Assembly: GCF_006345805.1 (NCBI RefSeq)
Contig: NC_043001.1
Location: forward strand, 113,460,001-113,524,000
DNA length: 64,000 nucleotides
Reading direction: 5' to 3'
From: Octopus sinensis
Taxonomy: Eukaryota
The notes beneath the pieces were generated by a model. The model saw only the letters and a program-made list of their open reading frames with translations, was not told the DNA's origin and ran no database searches. The position numbers were made by a program, and so were the translations under genes. Numbering within the stretch: the first letter of the stretch is position 1; the number at the start of each line of letters is the position of its first letter. This document shows, in pieces, positions 1 to 13,520 of this stretch.

Positions 1-240
1 GAAGAGTATGAAATAGATATGAGAAGAACTGGCAGACGTATGCCAGAAGAGTGCCATGATTGAGTGGTTTTTCATACGAGATATTGCTGCCGTAGTATTA
101 TGAATAAATCATTCAGAGATGAAGTTCCAAAAGAAGAGCTTCTTGGCATAAAAGTAACAAAAAGCTCCCAAGGGAATGTGGATATAGATGGATTAATCGT
201 GTAGCAAGATGAGGATGGCGATATGGCTGTATATCTACGC

Positions 241-665
241 GCAGATGTAGCTGTGTGGTAAAAAGCTAGCTTCCTAACCACATGACTTCGGGTTCAGTTC
301 CACTACGTGGCGCGTTGAACAAATGTCTTTTGCTATTCACTCGGGCTGGCCACAGCCTTGTGAGTGGATTTGGTAGACGGAAATTGAAAGAGGTCCGTCC
401 TTTATACACACACATATATGTATGTATGTATGTACGTATGTATGTATGTATGTATTTATATATAGTCAATCCAAACAAGAACAAGCAAGAAAAACAACAA
501 CGCGAGGACATGGAATAAGTACAGTGTTATTGGACGGTCAGGAAAGGAAAGAAAATAAAGAGGATTTAACGTTCCGAGCGGTGCTCTTCATCAGAAATAT
601 AGAAAAAAGACCAAAGAAGGGAAGACAAAGAAAGAAAATCGCCAACGATACACATGCGGTCAAAT

Positions 666-728
<63 letters not shown>

Positions 729-933
729 ATATATGTGTGTGTGTCTTTGTATTTGTATTTGTTCACCTCGGTTACTTGACAACCGGTGTTGGTTTGTAAC
801 ATTATGATTGGTCAAAAAGAGACCGATAGAACAAGTATCAGGCTTTGAAAAAGTATTGAGATTGATCTCGTTCGAGTAAATGTCTCATGGTGCTGCCCCA
901 GTATGGCCACAGTCTAATGACTGAAACAAGTGA

Positions 934-938
<5 letters not shown>
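241..938 (+). mobile_element. tRNA-derived SINE family A, split by an internal microsatellite that hosts an HHR element
   Basis: Degenerate head gctgtgtggtaaa...gggttcagttccactacgtggc (A/B-box-like), body to gtccgtcc, (TA/TATG)n, then 3' half ending ccacagtctaatgactgaaacaagtg; homologous to copies at 14759 and 23232. Confidence 0.85.
464..670 (-). mobile_element. ~200-bp HHR-bearing short element (family D)
   Basis: Reverse complement aligns by eye with 46503-46732; contains CTGATGA-A-GAGC-acc-GCTC-GGAA-CGTT (594 to 566); flanked by TA repeats. Confidence 0.75.
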
Positions 939-964
<26 letters not shown>

Positions 965-1862
965 AAGAGGAAGCTGGGTGACCTTGTTATTGGTGTTGTT
1001 GTAGTTGGTCGAGTTGATGGTGATATCAGCTATGACCCCTGTATATTTGTGTCAGGATAGACTTTGAAGAGTGACTCACGGATCCCTTTTAATGACTGCC
1101 TGACAATCATATTGCGCCATTTTTTTGTACACGCTGTCTACATTCTATGTCTGTAGACGTTATAGGAATTCAACCGACCGGTCGAATTCCTGTTCACCTG
1201 TTATTGATATAACTGTAGGTTAACCCAAATAAACTTGACCGAGGAGACCTATGATTAAAGGCATTCTAGCCATAGTAGCTCAATCATTGATTGCAGTGTC
1301 TTGGGCTACATGAACGTTTAAAACGGCAGTGCATGATTTGAAGGTTTTGCTGCAATTTCTAGAGGTTCGAGCGACCATTTAGACGGTCTCTCGTTGGTGG
1401 CGACAAGAGGCGAGGAATAAATCTGGCCAGAGTTGGAGCATGCGATTGCCGTTTCTTTGATCTTATTGGCAGATAACTGATAATCTATTTGACGAAGCTG
1501 AAGACAATGCATTTCAGATACAACACTTATTTATGATATTCTTGAGTTTCTCAAATAAATATTTTGGATTAAGTATGGTATATTCTTTTTCCATTTAGTC
1601 GTATTTGGGGTGGGGGGACACCTTCAAGGGTTTTCTTGAATATATCTTCCCCACTATTTTAAAGATTCTTATTTTACCAATGTGCAATTGTCGAGTCGCT
1701 ATCTCACGGCTTTGTAACAAATCACAGGTCTTAAGCAGCATAAATGTAAACACACTCATATGCAAGGTATATATATATATATATGTGTGCGTGGGTATGT
1801 GTATGTCAGTGCGTGTGTATGTGTGTTTATGTGTGTATGTATGTGTATGTTTGTGTGTGCGT

Positions 1863-1897
<35 letters not shown>

Positions 1898-1916
1898 ATA
1901 CACGCATATACATATA

Positions 1917-3144
1917 CAGGGTGCGTAAGATATTTGAGGACAGAGTTATGTTTATGAAAAACATATATAATAATAGATAATAACTGTATTTATTAAAAAT
2001 GCTATAAGGATAAAAATAAACCTTCTTTTCTATAATGTTATTCAATAAAGCCACCTTCAGTGTCAACAACTGCTGCTATATGGGGTCTAAATCATCCACA
2101 TGCTCGAATCAAATGGTCCTGGTTAATTTTGGACATTACTCTGACTATGACATATTCCAAAGTATCTTTTGTGTTATGAGCGTGTTCATTGACCTCTCTC
2201 TCAACAACGCATGTCATAAGTCCAATGGATTGAAATCTGGGGAATTTGGAGGCCAAATGTTAGGGGTTATGTAATCATGAAAATTTTCAGTCATCTATTT
2301 CTGTGATAGTGCAGAGTCTTACTGAAACACATGGCCTTCCATTGCATACACTGTCTATCCCGGGTTTAACAATTATTTTCAGGCCTTCAATGTAGAGGGC
2401 GCAGAGTTAACTCTAAGGCCTTGTGGAAAGATGTAAGGAGGCATCACATGTCCTTCATTGCTGACAACCCCTAAATCCATGACAGTTGCAGGAAATTGTG
2501 TATGCATAACATTTGGTCTGCACATAACCATCTGTCATTTTTTCTGTTAACTTTTTGATCTTGGTCGAAGTTTTTCTCGTTTGAAAAAAAACAAACCAAA
2601 TCTTCTTCTGCCGGATTTTTCAGTTTGTTTAAGAGCCTTTTAAATCTGATGTAGTGATTTTCTTTTGCTTTTTCTGACAAATTGCCCTTTCCTCACCATA
2701 TAAGACTATATCTGATGTCTTCGTGGACAACATTTCTGACTGTTCCTTCTGACCCATGAAGATCTTTTGCAATTGACCTCATGTACTTTCTGAGATTGTA
2801 ATCAATGGTCTGTTGAACTTGCTGGATAAATTCAGGTGTTCTGATGTTTGTTGATCGTTTAGATGGTTTTTTTAATGCTTTGATAATGGTGATACGTTTC
2901 AGTCTTCAATCTCCAGCTCCTTACAAACTTTTTAGACGAAAGATCTGGCAACTGTTGAAATTCGAGATATTTCCAGATCGCAATGCTCAGCCTTTAAAAC
3001 CACAATAACAGCATGTCTTTTCGTTTCATGAGAAAGCTGTGGGTCTGCCATTATTATTTTCTGAAACAAAGATTATACAGAGTTAGCAAAAAAAATGCAG
3101 CAATGATCCCATAAAGGTATGTCCTCAAATACTTTACATACCTA
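1917..3144 (-). mobile_element. Decayed maT/DD37D-like (IS630-Tc1-mariner) transposon with transposase pseudogene
   Basis: TIRs cagggtgcgtaagatatttgaggac (1917-1941) and gtcctcaaatactttacatacct (3121-3143), TA flanks; minus strand gives MADPQLSHETKRHAVIV, FFSNEKNFDQDQKVNRKNDRW, GVVSNEGHVMPP and WPPNSPDFNPLD; many stops/frameshifts. Confidence 0.85.
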
Positions 3145-3196
3145 TATATATATATATATATACATACATACATACATGCATGCATACATACATACA

Positions 3197-3232
<36 letters not shown>

Positions 3233-3236
3233 TATA

Positions 3237-3372
3237 TCCACGATGGGCTTTCATACTGTTTTTGTCTATCAAATTTCATTCAAGGCATTAATCAACTCGA
3301 GACTATTATTGTAGAAGACAGTTGCCCAAAGTGCTACGCAGTGCGATCGAACGCTCTAGCTCCATGGCTACG
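3237..3372 (-). mobile_element. SINE family A, 5' half
   Basis: cacgatgggctttc...agaagacagttgcccaaagtgctacgcagtg, degenerate match to the family A head. Confidence 0.65.
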
Positions 3373-3591
3373 AAGAAAATTTTTTAATGAAAGATCCATA
3401 TAAATGGCTTTTGATATTATCGATGGCAATATCACATGAACTTTTCCCTGCTATAAAGTTAAAGATGTAATACAGTGCATTAAGATTTTCTCAAGTTTTA
3501 CCAACGTAGTTGTACACAAGTAGAGTAATATAAAGTGTTGACTAAAAAGGAAGAAAATGGCTGACAGAATTCCTAAAGATAGACAAACACA

Positions 3592-3629
<38 letters not shown>

Positions 3630-3633
3630 ACAC

Positions 3634-3671
<38 letters not shown>

Positions 3672-4332
3672 GCTCAAACACGAACACAGACACAGACACA
3701 CACAGATAAGTGAATTGGCATATATGTGCCACGCTTATCCCGTGAAATATTTCAGCAGATGATGGCCATCCGAAAATTGAAAAAGGGAAAATTTCCCTAT
3801 GACCCTACTGCTTCTTTAATCAGAAAATCCACAAAACAGCCATAGAGCATATATAATAAAACGCAAGGAATAGTGGAGTTAGCGAATTCCTTTTACTACT
3901 TTGTTTTTGCAATCGGTTCGTCCACTTTCGTGCTGGATCAGTATATTGCTTATTGTAGAGATTAGATGAGTTCATTTCGCCATGCGCTGTGAAGGAAATC
4001 TTGTGCAGCGCAAGGGAATAATTCGATAATGGCCGATATGCCAACAACACGAGGAGAGATTGTTTAATTGACGAAACAACTGTTAACGATGTAATAAAAA
4101 CGATTTGTTCACTCCATTCTTCAATGTATTATTAAATGTATATATGTATATGTGTATGCGTGGGTATATATATATATATATAATATATCTACACACATCC
4201 ACACACACACACACACACATATGTATATAAAAATGCATATCTATTGATATTTATATATAAGTGTTTATGTATATATATATATATATATATACATGTCCCT
4301 CTCTTTGTGCATCTATCTATCTATCTATCAAT

Positions 4333-4497
4333 CGAGAGGGAGCTAAAAAGTTCCTGGCCTTAAGGGTATCGAGAAAGGGCCGCTTCAATAAGTGTGTGAA
4401 TCTGAAAGAAGAATATGTTGAATGAAATCATAATTAACTGATCTTCCTGTATTTTCTTTTACCCAAAGGCAGGAACTTTTCGGTCACCCACCTTCGC
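4333..4497. mobile_element. mariner-derived MITE
   Basis: Imperfect TIRs cgagagggagctaaaaagttcctggc / ggcaggaacttttcggtcacccaccttcg; interior resembles a transposase 3' end. Confidence 0.6.
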
Positions 4498-4954
4498 ATA
4501 TTCACGAAAAGGAAGGCAGATAGCAACAATTTGTGCGCGCGTGCTTAACTTCCGATGAAGTCCACAAGAAAACTTAGACACTGGTACACTTCAGACTGAT
4601 GTTCTTTGCAATATTCGTTCTTCACCGAATTACGCACACACACACACACACACGCACACACGCACACATGCATGCACACACACACACACACACACATACA
4701 CGCACATATACACAGTCGCATATACACACACATACATACAAGCACACACACACATACACGCTCATATACACACAGACGCATATAGATACATTCGCACACA
4801 CAAACACAGGTACACACAACAAACACATAGACACACAAACACACACACACATACACTCCTTTGTAAATTATTAGAAAAGCAGTGAACCGGTGCTAAACCG
4901 GTTAGAAGCCTATAACCAGCGAAACTATTGTTTACAAATTGTGATATAAGCATA

Positions 4955-5083
<129 letters not shown>

Positions 5084-5309
5084 AACGGATCCAGTCCGAG
5101 GTGCTATAAATATTGGTTTCCTATGAGTTTTTGATCGGAAACCTATTTGATCGATTAAATCGATTAAAACATATTAGTGACATTTATTTGATCGAATGTA
5201 CTAACAGGATGAAAGGTAGAGTGATATTTTCATTTGAACTGTGAACTGCCATAAGCGAAAAAAAATCACCTCTTGCAGTCCAGCGTGTATAACAGGCAGT
5301 AAAAGAACA

Positions 5310-5770
5310 AGGTGAGAGAAAGGAAGAGAAAGAGAGAGAGAAAAGGAGAGAGAGAGAGAGAGAGGGAAAGAGAGAGAGAGGGAAAGAGAGAGAGAGGGAA
5401 AGAGAGAGAGAGGAAAATAGAATTGAAAAATTGGAAAAATGTGGAGAAAAAATGAATGAGAAAGTAGGAGAGAGAGAGAGAGAGAGAGATGGTAAAGGGG
5501 AGCGAGAGAAAGCGAGAGAGAGAGAGCGAGAGAGGGAGAAAGAGAGAGAGGGAGAGAGAGAGAGAGGGAGAAAGAGAGAAAGAGAGAGGAAAATAGAATT
5601 GAAAAATTGGAAAAATGTGATGGAGAAAAATGTGATGAATGAGAAAGTAGGAGAGAGAGAGAGAGATGGTGAAAGGGAGCGAGAGAAAGCGAGAGAGATA
5701 GATAGATAGAGAGAGAGAGAGAGAAAGAGAGACAGTGTGAGACAGAGGGAGCTAGAGTGAGATATAGAGA
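5310..5770. repeat. GA-rich tract with an internal tandem duplication
   Basis: ggaaaatagaattgaaaaattggaaaaatgtg...gaaagtaggagagag...ggggagcgagagaaagcgagagag occurs twice (about 5412 and 5588). Confidence 0.85.
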
Positions 5771-5962
5771 AATGCTGGCTTAATAATAGTGAACCTTGAA
5801 TAAAATGAGAATTGACGAGATATTTTAGAGGTTTCAGCAGAAATGTCAGATCTTAAGTGAAAAAGGAGGTCTTGCTTACAAGATCAGTTTTTCTTTCTCT
5901 CACGCTTGAAGACTTTCAGCAGAGTAAGAATATTTCAGTAGCTTCGAGCGCAAAATCACGTG

Positions 5963-6002
<40 letters not shown>

Positions 6003-6144
6003 TGTTTTCGTGTGTGTATTTCTGTGTTGTATATGCCTGCTTATATGTCTGTATGTATGTAGGTGGATAGGTACAAATATATATGTGTATATATTTGCGT
6101 ATATATACATATGGTATACACACACTTACACGCATATGCACACA

Positions 6145-6181
<37 letters not shown>

Positions 6182-6399
6182 GTATATACCTTATATATAG
6201 ATATACACACCAATACACACACACATATGTATATGAATATACCATATTAATACACATCAATACACACACATATATTCATATAGATAGATAGAAAGGTAGA
6301 TAGACAGAAACATAAAAGGTATTAAGCCTACAAGAATATCTAGCAAACGAATTAACTACCCGAACTACCCGTATACGGTCAGATATGTTTTCTAATTTC

Positions 6400-6445
<46 letters not shown>

Positions 6446-6459
6446 TATTCAAAGCAGAA

Positions 6460-6564
6460 GAAAATTCAACAAAACCTGTTACTCTGAGTTTCCCGTTGCC
6501 GTTCGTCGGACAGTTTTTGCTACGGCAACGGGAAACTCAGAGTAACAGGTTTTGTTGAATTTTC
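6460..6564 (-). ncRNA. HHR-like motif embedded in a perfect 43-bp inverted repeat
   Basis: Arms 6460-6502 and 6522-6564 are exact reverse complements; minus strand CUGU-CCGACGA-ACG GCAA CGG-GAAA-CUC A GAG-UA^ACAG. Confidence 0.65.
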
Positions 6565-6619
6565 TGCTGGTATTTGAGTACTCTTTTTTCCACCTTGTTT
6601 CACATTTATGTGTTTACTC

Positions 6620-6658
<39 letters not shown>

Positions 6659-6663
<5 letters not shown>

Positions 6664-7852
6664 TAGCAAGAAAATAATTTCGTTTTATTTTGGTGTGAAA
6701 TAAAAGTAATTTTTTTTCACACGAAGAATGAACTTTTCCATTTTTCTGGCAACTTTATGATTCCGCGCTCATAGAACTTCTGGTCCTTATCAGGTAAAAA
6801 ACTGTTGCGAGTGCGATTTCAAATCATCATCATTATTGAAAGTTTTATCATTCAAAGAACTTTGCAAACTTCGAAATAAATGGTAATCTGATGGTGCAAG
6901 GCCAGGGTTATAAAGTGGATGTGACATCACTTCCCATCCAAGCTCCAAAAGGTTTTCACGAATTAGCAAATACGTGTGTGGTCAAGCGTTGTCATGGTCG
7001 AACACGATTCCTTTACGATCTACCATTTCTGGTCATTTTTCTTTAATTGCTTCAACCAGTTTCATTAGTTGTTGACAGTAAACAACTGAATTGATCGTCT
7101 GGTTCCTTGGAAGCAACTCAAAATACACAACACCTTTGTAATCGCACCAATCTGACAACATGACGGTTTTTTTATGCAATTCACCTTTCTATGTGGTTTT
7201 TAGTAGTTCATTACGCTTGGGCCTTGATCGTTTTCGATAGATGTTATTGCAGACAATCCATTTTCATCACCAGAATCGTATCAAAGAAAGGTCGATTTTA
7301 TTGCGTTTGAGATGCTTATCGCAAATATTGATTTGTTGTGTTAGGTGAACCTCTTTCAATTTGTGTGGAACCCAGATATCAAGCTTCTTAATGAATCCAA
7401 GACATTTTAAGTGATTTTCAATTGTTGTGTGTGATACACTTAACCTCTTTGCAATCTCTCGCACAGTTATATGACACAGATTCAATTATGGCTTTGAATC
7501 AGTCCTCATCAATTTCAGTAGGTCGACCAGAACGTTGGTCATTTTTAAGTGAAAAATCTCCAAAATGGAATTTTTAAAATCATTTCTGACAAGTGCGTTC
7601 TGTGAAGCAATCAACATCATAAACTTCACATATCTCTTTGTGAGCCTCAGTAGCTTTCTTACCTTTACCGAAATAAAAAAATTAAAATATGGTGAAAATG
7701 TTAATATTGACTCTGAACAAACATCTGTAAGAAAAATTAGGCGCAATTTACTTCCAAATTAAGCCAAAAGTAACGGCAATCAAATGGCAAAAAGGAAAAA
7801 AAAAATATCATTGACAAGTCATTGAGAAAAATGTAATTAATTTCTTGCCAAC

Positions 7853-7856
<4 letters not shown>
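6659..7856 (-). mobile_element. Decayed mariner (DD34D-type) transposon
   Basis: TIRs gggttagcaagaaaataattt / aatttcttgccaacccaa within (TA)n; minus-strand motifs GRPTEIDED, IWVPHKL, HDNA-like and PSDYHLFRSLQ. Confidence 0.92.
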
Positions 7857-7928
<72 letters not shown>

Positions 7929-8699
7929 TATATATATATAAGAAAATGGAGGTTAGGAAGTAAATATTTGTTTTTTCTTAACAGCAAATTGGTCATCTTC
8001 ACTTCCAGGCGTTTCAGTAGATATGCAATATCATCAAAATATCAAAATACTATGTCGTTCTCACTTTTATGTCAAAACTGTTGATAGAGAAGTATCGATA
8101 GGGAAGTATCTTCCTTGACGGTGGTACTCCAGTATTGTTGTATTCGATTTTCTGAAACCAGTTAAAAGTAAGTATAACCAAATGAAGCACATGTAAATAT
8201 ATTCGTAAAATATATTTCTTAGACTCGAAAGACGCTTAGTTCCGTGTCCTATTCATCCAATATTCATTTGCCCACACACATGCACACACATACACACAAA
8301 CGCACACACATATATACACGTGCGCGTGCAAACTCACGCGCGCATTCACGAGTGACGAAAGAAATGAAAGGTAGTTGTCCTCAACGCACTTAACTGGAGC
8401 TATAGGTATGTAATAGCAGTTTGATTCAGGTCTATACTGAAAATTCGTGGGTGTTTGACGAGTCTTCACTCTCAAAAGTTCACAGGCAATGTGAAAAGAA
8501 TTTACAAGAAATTGGAAATACATTATTTTCGAGAGGATTTAGGCCTCCATCTGTCACGTGGTTGTTATAATTATCTCAATGAAATCAGTTCTGTCGCTGG
8601 ATTTCTTACGTGGTTGAGTAGACTTGATGTAGGCGTCAGTTTACCGGCATTTCGCAGCTTAAGTTATTCCAGCGACACCAGTTCCTAAATCTGATGCTA

Positions 8700-8990
8700 T
8701 ACGATAGAGCAGAGAGGATGCTATACGATAGAGCAGATAGTCAGCATGCTGTTGGGTGTGGTAGGTAGCAAACCAGAGTTACGTGAGGCGGATTTTGATG
8801 ATGTCAGGTTACACATAAATTCGGCTAATTTCAACGGGTAGCAGGAATCCTATACACTATGCCATTGCGGGCCAGCCAAAAGTAGAGACACATGCTGGTC
8901 ATGCAAACTCATACGTTAACTGACATCCTCAAATCTGTCCACACCGGGGGTGTTTATGATTCAGTATCCAATAAGACACTTGATGGTGGT
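8700..8990 (+). mobile_element. Possible RTE-clade LINE 3' fragment
   Basis: GHANSYV/HTLTDILKS weakly resembles the RTE ORF C-terminus; heavily degraded. Confidence 0.3.
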
Positions 8991-9679
8991 GATAGTAAGC
9001 CAGAAACTGAAACTAGTTTCGGCTCAGAAGCTGCGGTCATGCTAGGGCACCACCGTTAGCTTTACTGCACCCCCACTATTTGAAACCTCCTCTAATGTGT
9101 GGAATTTCGCCAATGACGTAGTTTCGTGCGGCTGTCCTCAACTGTGTTTCCTGCTGTGAGGTAGGCTCATTTGGTATCCTTGACAAGAGGAGATCGAGTT
9201 TTGTTTTGGAGACACCTACATCCACACCATGCAAATCTCTGAGGCATTATGGAAGGATATTGAAGCGCTGTGGACAAGTGCGCGCACACACACACATGTA
9301 TGTGTATATATATATTGAGAACTTCAACTGCAATAAAACAGAACATAGAAATATATCTAAACTAAGTAATAAAGCACAGAAACTTACAGCACACGACACT
9401 GACAACATCGGAACTAGCAACACCAAGAAAAAGTATAACAATAACAGAAAAAAAACAATAAATAAAAAGCGAAGGTAATTAGACAAGGTATGAATGATGC
9501 CAATAAATCCACTAATCACGAAGGCCACAGTAATAACTTAAAATATTATCTGCGGAAACCTAGCACCACTAATGGCGGTATTAATGCGCATAGCCTAGAT
9601 AATAAGACTAATGATAATAAAGATATACACCACACGCATCACTCTAACAGCTATCAACTTGTGTCGTTAACTAGTTCAT

Positions 9680-10445
9680 ACTCCCATACGCAAAGCAAAT
9701 AGAGACCGGCTTAGCTAAAGCTATTATGTAACATTATAAATAAATACCTTGATAAGAATAGCAGGTATTCGAGACTTATTAATAGTAGAGTAATAAAGAT
9801 AGGTTATAGTTTCATGCATAGCTTAACCAGCATCATTTCCTCCCTAAATAAAAAAAAAACTAGACATTTTCTATTTAGGTAGAAGCAACAATAAGAACAA
9901 CAGCAGTAATAGTAAGAATAAAAACAACCCCATAACCACCCCAAATTTAGTAAGGGGAACACTCGGAACCATAATAACCCTATTAACCTTAATAGACCTA
10001 GCACTATCCTACCAGCAAGTAATCCTCCGCCCCCAGCACAATCTACATGACTGTAGGAATAAAAAGATAAATGTGTCCTTGGAAACACTTCTAAAAGTAA
10101 AGATGTAATTTACCAGTATACTGTCACAACGCAGTTTAGTAAAAGAATATACATAGGAGCTACACAAAATGAAATGAAACGAAGACTCGCCGCACACCAA
10201 CACTCTTTCACAAATAAAAATAAGATTAACTCGATCAGATTAAGTAAATATATTTGGAAACTTAAAAATACATATACTAGATTCGCTTTAGAATGGAAAA
10301 TCCTCGCGCCGCACTTTCTTAAAATGTAAAGAGCAAGAAATTCCATCTTTGCATCAATGAAAAAATTTTCATATTAGCGGCACAACAGCCATTACTTAAC
10401 GTGAGGGAAGAGAGAAACATGGCTGCCTGCACAAGGGTAACTTTA
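9680..10445 (+). pseudogene. Penelope-like element C-terminal linker plus GIY-YIG endonuclease remnant
   Basis: LPYAKQIETGLAK / LLCNIINKYLDKNSRYSRLINSRVIKIGYSFMHSLTSII / DCRNK..KCVLG...DVIYQYTV...RIYIGATQNEMKRRLAAHQHSF...LSKYIWKLK...LEWKIL / HLCINEKIFI...LLNVREE, interrupted by frameshifts. Confidence 0.88.
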
Positions 10446-11265
10446 CCATCTCTAAATATAAATAGCATTAGAGACTCTTGCACCATCCCTCAAAATAGCA
10501 CCCAGAGCCCTTCACCACAGAAATAGCAGTTCTCGATATTGAATGAGGGCATATATAAACTCCTAAATTTAAACTAGTTTACTAGTATTACATACTGGAG
10601 TCCCTTATAGGGGTTCCAGTAGTAATATCCCTATCCCTTCACCAACATATCTGAGTTTAAATCCCACCCCCATTCATAATAACTAAATACATAATATATT
10701 TATTAAGCCATTTCTCCTTAATATAACCTACTCACCCCTTTAACAAAGCCAGTTCTTTCAATCATGAAGCTAATTTGGAGTACAGATGGCATCAGTACTT
10801 AGTCCTCAATGATTACCCTCCTCCACAAGGGAGCCTGTAGCCGCCATCTGATCTAAGGCTGTACTGGCAACTAATTTTCTTCATTTGAACCTTTTAAAGC
10901 ACAGCTTAGCTTGCTTTTACTAGCTTCAATATGGACCTAATTTTCAGCCAGCATACTGGTATACCCCCATTTATTGGGGACCCAATTAGACCTACCTATT
11001 TAGGACCTCCGTAGAACATAACTTAATTTTAACAACACAATATTAACTGCACACCACTCTAGATTGTATGGGCCTGTACTTGGCATTGCAGTAGATGCCT
11101 TCTCAAGAGCTATACCTTAGGTATATTGTGCATGAATGGAAGCGACGAAATTTTGTGGTAGACCATGTATGGCTTCACCCACGCAAGGGTTAAATTAACA
11201 AGTTTAGTAATATGAACAATTTCATATATCAATTATTATTTATATTAGCAATTATATATAATTAA

Positions 11266-11301
<36 letters not shown>

Positions 11302-12174
11302 TTATATATATCATATATATAGATTAAGGAAGATTCAATAGACAGTAGTAGGACCCTGAAATTCTAACCATGTTAGTAATTAGCAATTGATTTAACTTGT
11401 AATCGTTTAACTATTTTGGGGTTTTGTACTTTTGCCCTCTCGTATGTCTAATAGGCAGAATGTATTCGAAATGTGTAGACATTTACTTGTTCGTTTAGCA
11501 TAACCACCACTTGGACAGAATTCGAAAATAGATGCACTAGCAACCACCTCCCTTAACAGTAGTCTCCCCTTAACTGTCAGTTAGTTACTGCCATATGGTT
11601 GCTAGTATTTATGTTATGTTATGATGTAGAATGACATAAGCGGCCTTGTGTCTTATGACATAGTCTCCCCCATACCTATTATTTATTGGTTTATTTACTC
11701 CTTTATATATATCTACCCCTGTAACGGACTTAGTTTGCTCTTGGTTTTAAATATAACTGACTAATTGTAGGGATGGCTGGACTTTGAAAAATTTCATTAC
11801 GGACAACAGATTGTTGGTCTCTAGAAATATTTCAGCAAGTACACTATTATAAAAACTTTACGGATATGTTTTTGGATAAATATTAATTAGCTCTATTTAC
11901 GAAATCACAAGTGCTATCCTTTTTCTAGACTTATTAGCGATTCCTGTTATTCTTAAGTGCTAGTTTTATTTTACTATTAATTATACACCCTGTTGCCCTA
12001 TAAAAAGAGTTAAACCCACCAATTATTTTTCTAGATTATTTGCTAGTTTACTCTTTTGCCCATCGACTTCAGGCTTTACACTGCAAAATTGTATGATTCT
12101 AATTTATTGAATTTCTTGCCTCATCTCGAGGCCCTGTTCTTTCCTCTTACGTCTTCTCTTCGTATGTATTTGTC

Positions 12175-12295
12175 TTCACTTTGATGAAGCTCTATGTACT
12201 AGATCGGATGTGCTATAAAGATGACGAATATTATTTTCGGAATGTTCTTTGGAGGCACAGATTGACATTTGTAGAAGAAACGGCCGTAAGGAATG
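12175..12295 (+). ncRNA. Decayed HHR-like motif downstream of the PLE remnant
   Basis: TTGATGA (12181-12187) ... GAAA-CGG CCG-TA (12277-12288); palindromic ACGGCCGT helix III; helices I and II imperfect. Confidence 0.5.
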
Positions 12296-12369
12296 TTAAA
12301 GTTTTGTATTAAAAATGAATTAACCGATGTTACTCAATTTGTTTGTTGATCAAAAGTTTTCTCCATTTC

Positions 12370-12412
12370 CTTGTGAGTGGATTTGGTAGGCGGAAAATAA
12401 AAGGAGCCTGTC

Positions 12413-12455
<43 letters not shown>

Positions 12456-12920
12456 GCATCCTTTTCACTCGGGAGACAATGGAGTTACGCATAAACTAAT
12501 CCAGTCTGGTTTTTACATTTCATGTCCTCTTCAGTTTCCTCTCCAGTTTTCTGCAGGCCTGGGCTAAATGTAAGAAAATCATGAGTAGCCCAATCGTCAG
12601 GATTCCTCTCTTGATCTTATTGGTGTAGTCCAAAGGATTGCAGAGCATTACGTTTGGAATCAGTTTGGTTGCAGGAGCTGCCGGATGAGTGTCGAGTCGA
12701 ACACTAAACCATCTACGGGGCTCCACTCCGGATTTCTTTGAAAGTTGCTTCCTTTCCATAATCCTAGATAGGGGCCCATACCGGGTACTGTCAGTCGTAG
12801 CCATCTGAGCCCGGGAATCGTGTCAGGCAGGGTCGACACTCCCTGAAGTAGTGAATAAAATCGCTACCCACTACCTATACATACATGCATAAATACATAC
12901 ATATACATACATACATATAT

Positions 12921-13010
<90 letters not shown>

Positions 13011-13245
13011 TGTAGGTATATGTATCTATGTGTGTGTCTTTGTGTCTGCATTTGCCCCTTCCATCACTGCTTGACAACCGGTCTTGGTGTGTTTACGTCC
13101 CTGAAACTTAGTGGTTCGCCAAAAATAAGAGGAAGTACTACGCTTTAAAAATAAGTCCTTGGGTTGACTCATTTGGCTAAAAAACCCTTCAAGGAGGTGC
13201 TCCGGCCTGGCCGCAGCCAAATGACTGAAAGAAAGAATAAAAACT
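12370..13245 (+). mobile_element. 5'-truncated SINE family A with an insertion in its internal (TA)n
   Basis: cttgtgagtggatttggtagg at 12370; 3' half gcttgacaaccgg...ggccgcagccaaatgactgaaag at 13068-13235. Confidence 0.8.
12452..12872 (+). mobile_element. Probable RTE-clade LINE 5' UTR fragment
   Basis: GC-richer block starting tgttggca and containing gcagagcattacgtttggaatcagtttggttgcaggagctgccgg, recalled as RTE 5'-UTR-like; bounded by TA repeats. Confidence 0.4.
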
Positions 13246-13327
13246 AAAAGAACATGTAAGTATGTATGTTTGTGTGAATGTGTATTTCTGTGTGTATGTG
13301 TGTATGTGTGTGTGAGTGTGTTTGTGC

Positions 13328-13520
13328 GTGGAAGCACGTGGCTTAGTGGTTAGTGTGTTGCACTCATGATCATACGATTCTGGTTTCGATTTCAGGACCG
13401 GGGTATGCGTTGTGTTCTTTCTCATTGCTCCAGTCCACTCAGCTGCCAAAAATGAATTATGTTGCGACGGACCGACGTCCATCCAGAGAGTATATACAGC
13501 ACGGAATCTGAAAAACCGGT
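13328..13520 (+). mobile_element. tRNA-derived SINE family C variant
   Basis: gcacgtggcttagtggttagtg...gtttcgatttc head; ttgctccagtccactcagctg core. Confidence 0.7.
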
